Shown one piece after another: positions 27,332 to 36,096 of a stretch of DNA of 52,221 bases; the first letter of the stretch is position 1, and every line of letters begins with the position of its first letter. The notes under the pieces were generated by a model. The model saw only the letters and a list, made by a program, of their open reading frames with translations. It ran no database searches and was not told the DNA's origin. The position numbers were made by a program, and so were the translations under genes. Origin of the DNA: an uncultured Clostridia bacterium (lineage in GTDB: Bacteria > Bacillota > Clostridia > Christensenellales > Borkfalkiaceae); contig CAKQSC010000001.1 in NCBI GenBank assembly GCA_934271725.1, positions 1-52,221 of the forward strand, in the 5' to 3' direction.

Positions 27332-28359
27332 TTTTCAATCTCCCCGAAAAAGATTTCTTCCGCGTCCTCGAAAGAGCACTCCGCATACGCTTCGCCTTTT
27401 TTGAAAATAACCGCTTTGTCCTTTCCCCCGGCGATGCCTATATCCGCGGACTTGCCCTCGCCCACGCCGTTGACTACGCAACCCATAACCGCTACGTTAA
27501 GCGGTTTGTTCTCCTTTTTCGTTTTCTCGCAAACTTTTTTCGCAAACGCCATACAATCCCAGTTGCATCTTCCGCAAGTGGGGCAGGAAATAACGTTTAC
27601 GAAGTTTTTGTCTATACCTACGCTTCGCAAAATATTTTTGGCTACCGCCACTTCTTCTACGGGATCCTCCGACAAGGAAACCCTTAACGTGTCGCCTATT
27701 CCGTCGAGAAGAAGCGCGCCTATGCCGACCGCGTTTTTGATTTTGCCGAGTTCGCCCCCGCCGGCTTCCGTAACGCCGATATGTAACGGATAATCGCAAA
27801 CCTTGCTCAACGCCCTGTAACTTTCCGTCATAAGTCTTACGTCGGAAGCCTTTACCGACACGACTATATCGTACACGCCGTGTTTTTCGAGCGTCTTTAC
27901 GTTGTTCATCGCGCTCCGTACAAGCGACTCGACGGAAACGCCGTATTTTTTCAGCAATTCCTTTTCTATACTGCCCGAATTAGCCCCTACTCTTACGGGT
28001 ATTTTATGCGCTTTAAGGCAATCCGCAACGGCGGTTATCTCTTTTTCTCCCCCTATGTTGCCGGGATTTATGCGCAGTTTGTCCGCACCGTTCTCTACGG
28101 CGAGTATGCCTAACCGATAATCGAAATGCACGTCCGCGACGAGAGGTATTTTAGTAGCGTCTTTGATTTTTTTTATCGACGACGCGTCGGCTTCGTCGGC
28201 AACGCAAAACCGAACTATTTCGCACCCCGCGTCCTCTAAACGCTTTATCTGATTTATGCAGTTTTCCGTATCTTTGGGGGCGAAAGTCGTCATAGACTGA
28301 ATAAGCGGTTTTTCCCCTCCGCCGATATACAGATTTCCTATCTTTACCTTTTTGCTCAT
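27310..28359 (-). CDS. ispG: 4-hydroxy-3-methylbut-2-en-1-yl diphosphate synthase (flavodoxin)
   Basis: 349 aa. Motif IGGGEKPLIQSMT and the C-terminal Fe-S cysteines (ISCPTCGRC...; ...VMGCVVNG). Confidence 0.93.
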   Translation of the reverse strand: MSKKVKIGNLYIGGGEKPLIQSMTTFAPKDTENCINQIKRLEDAGCEIVRFCVADEADASSIKKIKDATKIPLVADVHFDYRLGILAVENGADKLRINPGNIGGEKEITAVADCLKAHKIPVRVGANSGSIEKELLKKYGVSVESLVRSAMNNVKTLEKHGVYDIVVSVKASDVRLMTESYRALSKVCDYPLHIGVTEAGGGELGKIKNAVGIGALLLDGIGDTLRVSLSEDPVEEVAVAKNILRSVGIDKNFVNVISCPTCGRCNWDCMAFAKKVCEKTKKENKPLNVAVMGCVVNGVGEGKSADIGIAGGKDKAVIFKKGEAYAECSFEDAEEIFFGEIEKCLKWKK

Positions 28360-29603
28360 TGTATTTTAAGTTCTTTTTTGTTTTTGCCGACGCTCACGAC
28401 GGACGCTTTTTCCAAATCGAAGTTGCTTTTGACGACTCTGTTCACGTCGTAAAGGTCGAGTTCGTTTATGTCTATTATCTTGCGTTCGAGGTTGAAAACG
28501 TCCCCTTTTCTTAACAGATTAAGCCCGTAAAGTTGCATTTGCGTGGAAGTCGATTCCTGCGACATTATAAGGGAAGATTTAACCTGTTCTTTACCGCTTA
28601 AAAACTCTTTTTCCGTAAGCCCGTTATCTCTTATCTTTTTTATTTCGTCCGTAATGGCGTTAAACGCGACGTCGCGTTTGGCGTTGCTCACCCCGGCGTA
28701 AACGCAAAGCGTTCCCGCTTTCATATATAAAGACGCATAGGAATAAACGGAATACGCAAGCCCGAGATTTTCCCTTACCGTCTGATAAAGCCTGCTACTC
28801 ATACCTCCGCCGAACACCGCCGTTATAATGTTTACCGCGTTGACTCTCGGGGAAGATATATTGCAAGTCGGCATAGCGATAGCCACTTGCGACTGTTCCA
28901 CGTCTTTTACTATGTTTATGTTTCCTTTTTTGCTTTCTCCGTCCGGTATATAAAGATTTTCCGCGCCGAAACGGGTAAATCTGTCCTCGAACAGTTCTTT
29001 CACCGTCTTTTCGATATTGTCGAGGTCTACGTTCCCCGCAACCGAAATAACGACGTTTTTAGGAACGTAATACTTGTCCATATATTTTTTAATATCGTCG
29101 CGGTTAAACCGTTTAACGTTTTCTTCCGTGCCGAGTATCTGCGCCCCGTAACCCGAATTGCCGTAATAACTCTCGCTTAATTTGTCAAGCGTAAGGTCTT
29201 CGGGCGAATCGTTGGTCATAGCGATTTCCTGCAAAATCACGTCGCGTTCTTTGTCGAGTTCTTCTTCGGCGTATTCCGAGTTGAAGAAAATGTCCGACAG
29301 CACGTTTAATGCGGAATTAAAATGTTCGCTTGTCGATTTGACGTAATAACAAGTCGTTTCTTTGCTTGTATAAGCGTTTATCTGCGCGCCGAGTCTGTCT
29401 ATCTCGTCGCTTATATCGAACGCCGTACGGGTTTTGGTGCCTTTAAAGGTAGTATGCTCTATAAAATGCGAAATGCCGTTTTCCTCCGCGTTTTCGTTCG
29501 CGCTTCCGCACTTTACGAAAACGCCCGCCGATACGGACATAAGCCCGTTCATTTTCTTTACGATAAGTTGTAATCCGCTGTCGTATTGTTTGTAAATAAT
29601 CAT
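28356..29603 (-). CDS. M16-family zinc peptidase (MlpA/YmxG-like)
   Basis: Inverted zincin motif HFIEH with a downstream Glu. 415 aa. Located downstream of the deacetylase, as in the B. subtilis ylxY-mlpA arrangement. Confidence 0.85.
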   Translation of the reverse strand: MIIYKQYDSGLQLIVKKMNGLMSVSAGVFVKCGSANENAEENGISHFIEHTTFKGTKTRTAFDISDEIDRLGAQINAYTSKETTCYYVKSTSEHFNSALNVLSDIFFNSEYAEEELDKERDVILQEIAMTNDSPEDLTLDKLSESYYGNSGYGAQILGTEENVKRFNRDDIKKYMDKYYVPKNVVISVAGNVDLDNIEKTVKELFEDRFTRFGAENLYIPDGESKKGNINIVKDVEQSQVAIAMPTCNISSPRVNAVNIITAVFGGGMSSRLYQTVRENLGLAYSVYSYASLYMKAGTLCVYAGVSNAKRDVAFNAITDEIKKIRDNGLTEKEFLSGKEQVKSSLIMSQESTSTQMQLYGLNLLRKGDVFNLERKIIDINELDLYDVNRVVKSNFDLEKASVVSVGKNKKELKIQ

Positions 29604-29655
29604 TCGTCTTTTCCTTTATTTCCTGTAAACGTTGCGCCGACCGTACGTTTTTATG

Positions 29656-30369
29656 CTACGATATAGTTTGCGTAACCGTTGAGGGTTTTAAACCCGATTG
29701 CGACAATACGTCGAGTATGCGACCGAGAACGGCAACGGTTACGTCTTTGGGGTGCATTAAAATCAAATCGCCCCCGCCCACGCCGTTTGTCGCGCGTTTT
29801 ATTATAAGTTTCTCGTCGGAGTCGCGCCAGTCGATGGTGTCTTTGCTCCACATAATAACCTTATAGCCGAGTTCTGCCGAGGCTTTTAAGGTAGTTACGT
29901 TGAAACTTCCCGACGGCGGTGCGAACAACCGCGTTTTATAACCGCACAAAGCCTCTACGATCTTTTCGGTTAAAAGTATCTCTTCTTTGTTTTTTTCAAG
30001 GTTTAATTTTTTATGGTCTTTGTGAAAATACCCGTGATTTGCGATTTCAAAACCGCCGTTTACCATTTCGTTAAGCGTTTCCGTATTGTCGTCCGCCCAG
30101 CAACCCCCTACGAAAAAAGTAGCGGTTGCGTTTCGGCTTTTAAGTATTTCCATAATTTTTTTAACGTTGTCCGTGCGCTCGTAAACGTTGAACATTAAAG
30201 CAACCTTGTCCGACGACCTGTCGCCGTTATATATGGCGGAATATTCGTCGCCCGTAATCGAAATTGCCTTCCCGCCGTAAAACCCTACGAAACCGACGCA
30301 CGCTATAATTAAGATTATAGCGGTATTGACCAAAAAAGTCAACACACTTTTTCTATTTTGCTTTTTCAT
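29656..30369 (-). CDS. Polysaccharide deacetylase family protein (YlxY/PdaB-like)
   Basis: I prefer the ATG at 30369 (RBS GGGGG; it starts MKKQNRKSVLTFLVNTAIILIIACVGF, a membrane anchor). NodB-type motifs ATFFVGG and ANHGYFH are present. Confidence 0.7.
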   Translation of the reverse strand: MKKQNRKSVLTFLVNTAIILIIACVGFVGFYGGKAISITGDEYSAIYNGDRSSDKVALMFNVYERTDNVKKIMEILKSRNATATFFVGGCWADDNTETLNEMVNGGFEIANHGYFHKDHKKLNLEKNKEEILLTEKIVEALCGYKTRLFAPPSGSFNVTTLKASAELGYKVIMWSKDTIDWRDSDEKLIIKRATNGVGGGDLILMHPKDVTVAVLGRILDVLSQSGLKPSTVTQTIS

Positions 30370-30428
30370 AAGAAAAACCCCCGTATATCTAATGCGGTTA
30401 CGGGGATTTTTATGAATATTCAAAGTAC

Positions 30429-30460
30429 AAAAAACGGCGGAAAAACTTTCCCCGCCGTTT
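30429..30460 (-). terminator. Rho-independent terminator ending the pilin-lipoprotein bicistron
   Basis: Stem AAACGGCGG (30432-30440) / CCGCCGTTT (30452-30460), followed by TTTTTTGT on the minus strand. Confidence 0.75.
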
Positions 30461-30473
30461 CGTTTTTATTTAG

Positions 30474-31817
30474 TTATTTAACAAGACCGCTTGCATTGTA
30501 TCTCGTGTTGTTGTTTACGAGAACGTACGTATAAGAGTTACCCTGATTTACGTTAATCGTTGCGGTAACCGCGCAGTCGCCCGAAATAACGGGTACGTTG
30601 ATTGCCTGCGTCATCGTCGCAAGTCCCGCCGTAAGATAATAAGCGTTCTTCACGTAAGGAACTTTAACGGTAGCCGTAAAGGGTTTGCTTATGGTAGCGT
30701 CGGTGAACAATTCGTCGTCGTTATATCTCGCGCCGGTAATCGTTCCCGCAACCTTACAAGTCGTAAGAGTTACGTTTGCGATTTGTCCCGTCTGACCAAC
30801 GATACCCGCGGAACGTCTGTATGCCGAAACGTTCGCATTTACATCGCAGTTTACGAAAGAAACGGTATCACCGCTCGTCTTATCCGCATTGCCTCTCGCC
30901 ATACCTACTACACCGCCTACGTCGTCGTAGCCCGCAACGGAACCGGTAACGGTAATGTTTTTGAACGTAGAATTACCCCAAGAATAGCCCGCAACCGCGC
31001 CTACCGCGTCGCCTACGATAACGATGTCTTCGTTGTTATTGTTCTTTACCGCTATTCTCGAATCTTCGATATCTACAACAAGTTTTATGTCGTGAATGTT
31101 CGCGCCGTATACGCAACCGAACAAACCGTAGTTGATTTCCATAGTACCTTTAACGGTAGTCGTGTTGGTACCCGTACTGTCCGTAACGTTGGAGTAAACC
31201 AAACCTTTGTTGGTCAAGCCTTTAATCGTATGTCCGTTTCCGTCGAACTCACCCTTGAACCACAAATCTTTGTTTTCCGCTTTACGATAAGTGTTGGAAA
31301 TAGGAATCCACGTCGTACCCGTCAAATCGATGTCCTCATCGAGTCTTACGACGGTGTTGGGCGAAATGTATTCCGCAACGCCCGCGTTTACGTTATCTCT
31401 GAAATTGTTCAAATCCGTAGCGTTTTTGATAACAAAAGTCTTAACGCCTACTACTTCGTACTGGAAGGTCGCGTAAACGGTGTCGTAACTTATGGTTGCC
31501 GTTCTTCTTGCTTCGTTTGATTCGGAAGAAAGGTCGAAGTTCGCTACGTCAAATTCGTACGTAGTGCCGTCCGCTTCGCCTACCAAAGTGCTAGCGTCCT
31601 TAAACGTAAGTTCAAGCGGTGTTGCCTTGCCGTCTTTCGTAAGAACGACTTTCATAAACGTTTCACCCGTTAAGTCCTCGTTAACGTGATATACTATTCT
31701 CGGGTAACGCGATATTCTCAAACTGTCCGTTGTATCGAATAACGAACAACCTACAAAACCGCAAACCGCAATCGCAAGCGTTAAAATTAACGCTATAAAG
31801 CCTACTTTTCTTTTCAT
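30474..31817 (-). CDS. Surface lipoprotein with GLUG-like / parallel beta-helix repeats
   Basis: Signal peptide plus lipobox (LTLAIAVCGFVGC|S). Motif FKGEFDGNGHTIKGL followed by repeated G-x-hydrophobic-G segments (YGLFGCVYG, VGAVAGYSWG, VGGVVGMARG, SAGIVGQTG), typical of GLUG-motif adhesin-like proteins. RBS AGGAGA, 33 nt after the pilin-like gene. Confidence 0.6.
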   Translation of the reverse strand: MKRKVGFIALILTLAIAVCGFVGCSLFDTTDSLRISRYPRIVYHVNEDLTGETFMKVVLTKDGKATPLELTFKDASTLVGEADGTTYEFDVANFDLSSESNEARRTATISYDTVYATFQYEVVGVKTFVIKNATDLNNFRDNVNAGVAEYISPNTVVRLDEDIDLTGTTWIPISNTYRKAENKDLWFKGEFDGNGHTIKGLTNKGLVYSNVTDSTGTNTTTVKGTMEINYGLFGCVYGANIHDIKLVVDIEDSRIAVKNNNNEDIVIVGDAVGAVAGYSWGNSTFKNITVTGSVAGYDDVGGVVGMARGNADKTSGDTVSFVNCDVNANVSAYRRSAGIVGQTGQIANVTLTTCKVAGTITGARYNDDELFTDATISKPFTATVKVPYVKNAYYLTAGLATMTQAINVPVISGDCAVTATINVNQGNSYTYVLVNNNTRYNASGLVK

Positions 31818-31850
31818 TGTTTATTTCTCCTTTAAAATATTTTACTGTTC

Positions 31851-33572
31851 TTATACCGTTTTGTTTGTCGGGAAAATGTTTAATTGATTAGAACGATATA
31901 TTTCCTTTTTAATTATGTTTTCACCGTCTTTAAGATTCATATATATTTTAACGCCTACAACCTTTATAACGGGGTTTTCGTCCGTTACTTCGTATTGTTC
32001 GCCGTCTTTAATAGTTTTCGCTTCTTCGCCGGATGCGACGAAGTCTGCCGCCGTTCCTTCCGAACCGCCTACCTGACTGCTTTTGAACTTACCCGTGATA
32101 TACGTGATTTCGTACGAGAATTCGTTTCCGACGTTCACGTCGTATTCCTTTCCCGCCCAATTTATTTTCGTTCCCGTATTCGCAATACCGTAATCGGGCA
32201 AATCGACGGACAACGTTCTTGCCGTTTTGTCTGTCGTAACCGTTTTAAGATCCGTCATTATGGTAACGTCGGACAATTTGTAAGTGTTCAACTTTTTGTC
32301 GACTACTACCATTGTAAACTTCATACCGTTGCCGATAAGTTCGGAACGAATGGTCGCGCTCGCCACCTTGTTTACGAAAGCGTCCGCGTTAAGTTGAATG
32401 GTCGGAACAAGAAACTCTCTTCCTATTCCCGTAATCGTCTGACCTTTACCGTTATAGTAACCTTTACCGTCAAGCAAAACTTCCGTTTCGATTATTCCGT
32501 CCGCGCCGTTGGTTATACCGTCCGCCGTATATGATATGCCCTTGCCGTCCGCCATGGTGCCGTACTCGAATCCCATTTTCTGATATCCGTAAATAACGGT
32601 ATACGCACCCGTCGGGAAAGGTTGACAACTCGTGTTGCCTTTGCTTACCTTATTGACAACGTCTATATTCGTCAAAGACGCTTTGTTCGTGTTGCAAAAA
32701 TCAAGAAACGCAATGCTCGTAGCAACGACTTTGACAGATTCGTTTGCACCCGAATCGGTCGTTTTTGACGAAACCACGCCGTGGAAAGAATCTTCGTTAC
32801 ACGCTATAACCGTAGCGGGAATTACTATTTCGTTTTTCGCTTTAAGCGTGCTTCCCGATGTTCTTGACGGAACACCCGTAAGACCGGGAACGACGTATAC
32901 GTAAGCCTCGCCGTCCGTTTTGCCTTTCCAACCGTCGTTGGTTATGTATGCGCAATTTTCTACCGAAAACTTTGCGAAATGGTTTTTCGCCGCCGCGACT
33001 ACCTTGCCGTCCGTACTTATCGATTCTATTCTCGATTTTATAACGTCTACCGTACCCGATTCTATCGCGTCGATAACCTGCGTCAAAGAGTTTTTGCCTT
33101 TTTCTATATAACGAATGTTTTTATTAGCGAAAAACGCTCTCGGTTCCAACGTGTCGGAATTATCTTCCGCTTCGTCGGCATACGCAACGACGATACCCGC
33201 GCTTGCGGTTGCGCCGTCCGACAGAGTACCGTTATTTTTAAGAACGTCGTCCGTCTTTTTAAAGTATACTCTGTTTTCCGCTCTGTTGTACCAGTAAGAA
33301 TACCCTTTGGCAGGGCTTTTTAAGCTGTATCCTGCCGACTCCGCCATATCTTCGAGTTCGTAGTCTTCGTAATACGTTCTGTCGTTGAATGCCGCTTCCG
33401 TGCCGAGTACGGTGGAAATCCTTAAAGCCGTAGTCGTGCCTTTCTGAATATTCGCTTTCTTTATGACGTTAGTAAGCGTCGGAACCAGAATAGCGGCAAG
33501 CACCGCGATGACCGCGATTACGATTGCAAGTTCGACGAGAGTAAACCCCCGTCTTTTCTTTTTCTGCATCAT
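31851..33572 (-). CDS. Large (573-aa) protein with a type IV prepilin-type N-terminal cleavage/methylation signal
   Basis: N-terminus MMQKKKRRG|FTLVELAIVIAVIAVLAAILVP is a canonical class III signal (Gly-1, Phe+1, Glu+5). RBS is AAAGGAGA. The remaining roughly 530 aa have no family I recognise. Confidence 0.75.
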   Translation of the reverse strand: MMQKKKRRGFTLVELAIVIAVIAVLAAILVPTLTNVIKKANIQKGTTTALRISTVLGTEAAFNDRTYYEDYELEDMAESAGYSLKSPAKGYSYWYNRAENRVYFKKTDDVLKNNGTLSDGATASAGIVVAYADEAEDNSDTLEPRAFFANKNIRYIEKGKNSLTQVIDAIESGTVDVIKSRIESISTDGKVVAAAKNHFAKFSVENCAYITNDGWKGKTDGEAYVYVVPGLTGVPSRTSGSTLKAKNEIVIPATVIACNEDSFHGVVSSKTTDSGANESVKVVATSIAFLDFCNTNKASLTNIDVVNKVSKGNTSCQPFPTGAYTVIYGYQKMGFEYGTMADGKGISYTADGITNGADGIIETEVLLDGKGYYNGKGQTITGIGREFLVPTIQLNADAFVNKVASATIRSELIGNGMKFTMVVVDKKLNTYKLSDVTIMTDLKTVTTDKTARTLSVDLPDYGIANTGTKINWAGKEYDVNVGNEFSYEITYITGKFKSSQVGGSEGTAADFVASGEEAKTIKDGEQYEVTDENPVIKVVGVKIYMNLKDGENIIKKEIYRSNQLNIFPTNKTV

Positions 33573-33619
33573 ATTTCTCCTTTTACATCATATTTCATCA
33601 AACTTGCATCTTTTTTACC

Positions 33620-33649
33620 ATTATACCCCCCCCCCTTATCAAAAATCAA
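33620..33649 (-). promoter_or_regulatory. Promoter of the pilin-like gene, with a homopolymeric G10 spacer
   Basis: The minus strand reads TTGATT (33644-33649), an 18-nt spacer that includes G10, then TATAAT (33620-33625). A-tracts lie at about -38 to -57. Confidence 0.6.
33626..33635. repeat. Homopolymer tract C10 (G10 on the coding strand)
   Basis: Ten consecutive C residues counted directly at 33626-33635. A complementary G7 tract lies at 33709-33715. Confidence 0.95.
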
Positions 33650-33804
33650 GTGTTTTTTACATTTTTTTTACTTAACAGCCGAATTTCTACGATTTTTTTA
33701 CAAAAAAAGGGGGGGTGGTCGTTTTTACACCGTTTGCCTTGTAAACCTGTCTATTGCGTTACCCGACTATACATTATATTTACTTTGTCGCGTAATATTG
33801 ACAA

Positions 33805-33838
33805 TAAAAAAAGGATGCCGAAAAAAACCGCATCCTTT
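33805..33838 (-). terminator. Rho-independent terminator after pnp
   Basis: Stem AAAGGATGC (33810-33818) / GCATCCTTT (33830-33838), followed by a T-run on the minus strand. Confidence 0.75.
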
Positions 33839-33862
33839 GTAAAATATTTTATTTAGTTTTTA

Positions 33863-35956
33863 TCAGTTCAACTTTTCAAGAAGTTTAAGGTCTATTCCCT
33901 TTTCGCCTATCTTGATTATTTCAACTTTTACCTTATCGCCTATGCTCAACACTTCGTCTACGCTGTTGATTCTCTTTTCGCTCATCTTGGAAATGTGAAT
34001 CATACCGTCTTTTCCGGGAGCGAGTTCGCAGAACGCGCCTACCTTGGGCAGTATTCTTACTACTTCGCTTATGAACATATCGCCGACTTCGGGATCTTTC
34101 GCAATGGAAAGAACAATCGCTTTCGCTCTTTCGGCTGCGTCTACCGAGCCGACAGACGCTATCGATACCATTCCGTCGTCTTCGATGTTAATCTTCGCGC
34201 CCGTTTCTTCGATTATCTTGTTGATGACTTTTCCGCCGCTGCCGATAACTTCTCTTATCTTGTCGGGGTTAATCATAAAACTGATAATTCTGGGAGCATA
34301 TTTGGACAATTCCTTGTTGGGTTCGGGTATGCAGGCAAGCATCTTCTTTAAAATCTGTTGTCTGCCTACGTTCGCCTGAGCGATTGCCTGACGCAAAATA
34401 GCCTCGTCTATACCTTTAATCTTTATGTCCATCTGTATAGCCGTGATGCCCTTTTCGGTACCCGCTACCTTAAAGTCCATATCGCCGAAGAAATCTTCAA
34501 GCCCCTGAATGTCCGTAAGAACGGAAACTTTTCCGCTTTCGACGTCCTTGATAAGTCCCATAGCGATGCCCGCAACGGGACGAGTGATGGGAACGCCCGC
34601 GTCCATAAGAGCAAGGGTGGAACCGCAAACGCTCGCCTGAGAAGTCGAACCGTTGGAACTCAACACTTCGCTTACCACTCTTATCGCGTACGGGAACTCT
34701 TCTATGCTCGGAATAACCGGTTCGAGAGCGCGTTCCGCAAGCGCGCCGTGTCCTATCTCTCTGCGTCCGGGGCTTTTAAGAGGTCTTGCCTCGCCGGAAG
34801 CGTAACCGGGCATGTTATATTGATGCATATATCTCTTTTCGTCCTCGTTGTCGAGTCCTTCGAGTCTTTGCGCTTCGTCCATAGTGCCGAGAGTACAGGT
34901 CGTCAATACCTGCGTTTGTCCTCTCGTGAAAACGCCCGTGCCGTGAACTCTCGGAAGTACCCCGTGTTCGCACCATATAGGTCTTATTTCCGTAAGTTTT
35001 CTTCCGTCCGGACGAATACCGTCTTTCGTGATTTTTGCTCTTACCTTTTCTTTCGTAAGGTAATATAATGCGTCTTTGATTTCTCTTTCCATATCGGGAT
35101 ATATATCCGCAAAATGGTTGAGCGTGTCTTCCGTAACTTTATCTTCCGCAACCTGACGGTCGTGTCTGTCGTAGTTTTCAAGCGCGTCGTCAAGCATTGC
35201 TCCCGCATAGTCTCTTACCGCTTTGTCGATTTCTTCGGGAACGTGATAGAGAGCCATTTCCTTTTTGGGCTTGCCTATCGCTTTGACTATCTCTTCCTGA
35301 AAAGCGCATTGTTTTTTGATTTCTTCGTGTCCGAACAAAATTGCACCGACCATTTCGTCGTCGCTTATTTCTTTCGCGCCCGCTTCAACCATCATTATTG
35401 CGTCTTTCGTGCCGGCGAGGTTAAGCGCAAGCGTGCTTTTTTCTTTTTGTTTAAGGTCGGGGTTGATAACGTATTCGCCGTCGACAATCGCTACTACTAC
35501 GCTTCCCGTAGGCCCCGCAAAGGGTATGTCCGAAATGGAAAGCGCGATTGAACTGCCTAACATTGCAAGCGGTTCGGGAGCGACGTCGGGATCAACCGAC
35601 AAAGCCGTCGCGATAACGGATACGTCGTTGAAAAGTCCTTTCGGGAAAAGGGGACGGAGCGGTCTGTCGATAAGTCTTGACGTTAAAATCGCCTTGTCGC
35701 TCGCTCTACCTTCTCTCTTTTTAAACCCGCCGGGTATTTTGCCGATTGCGTACATTTTTTCTTCGTAGTCTACGCCGAGCGGGAAGTAGTCCATTCCCGG
35801 ACGGGGTTCCGCGCCCATGGTAACGTTTACCATAACCGCCGTTTCGCCGCATCTTACGACGCAGGATCCGTTCGTTTGTCCGCAGTATTTGCCCGTTTCG
35901 ATAACGACTTCTCTTCCGCCGATGACGGTCTTAAACTCTCTGTAAGTGTCTGTCAT
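33863..35956 (-). CDS. pnp: Polyribonucleotide nucleotidyltransferase (PNPase)
   Basis: 697 aa. Two RNase PH domains, a KH domain and an S1 domain, with a typical N-terminus (...IGGREVVIETGKYCGQTNGS). Confidence 0.97.
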   Translation of the reverse strand: MTDTYREFKTVIGGREVVIETGKYCGQTNGSCVVRCGETAVMVNVTMGAEPRPGMDYFPLGVDYEEKMYAIGKIPGGFKKREGRASDKAILTSRLIDRPLRPLFPKGLFNDVSVIATALSVDPDVAPEPLAMLGSSIALSISDIPFAGPTGSVVVAIVDGEYVINPDLKQKEKSTLALNLAGTKDAIMMVEAGAKEISDDEMVGAILFGHEEIKKQCAFQEEIVKAIGKPKKEMALYHVPEEIDKAVRDYAGAMLDDALENYDRHDRQVAEDKVTEDTLNHFADIYPDMEREIKDALYYLTKEKVRAKITKDGIRPDGRKLTEIRPIWCEHGVLPRVHGTGVFTRGQTQVLTTCTLGTMDEAQRLEGLDNEDEKRYMHQYNMPGYASGEARPLKSPGRREIGHGALAERALEPVIPSIEEFPYAIRVVSEVLSSNGSTSQASVCGSTLALMDAGVPITRPVAGIAMGLIKDVESGKVSVLTDIQGLEDFFGDMDFKVAGTEKGITAIQMDIKIKGIDEAILRQAIAQANVGRQQILKKMLACIPEPNKELSKYAPRIISFMINPDKIREVIGSGGKVINKIIEETGAKINIEDDGMVSIASVGSVDAAERAKAIVLSIAKDPEVGDMFISEVVRILPKVGAFCELAPGKDGMIHISKMSEKRINSVDEVLSIGDKVKVEIIKIGEKGIDLKLLEKLN

Positions 35957-36096
35957 TTTTCTTTTCTCCTATTTCTCTCTTTGTTCTATTAGTTACTTAC
36001 GGCAACCTACCGTAAGAGTTATTATCTTTTTATTCCGTCCGTTACAAACGACCGCCGTTAAACGGAACCCTTTTGCAACCGATTTTAACCCTTATC

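Noticed and set aside
33650-33856. 68-aa plus-strand ORF lying in the pnp/pilin intergenic region and containing the G7 tract
   Set aside because: It has no RBS and a low-complexity F/L/K-rich sequence. It runs through the pnp terminator hairpin and the A/T-tract region. The promoter-spacer interpretation of the region is better supported.
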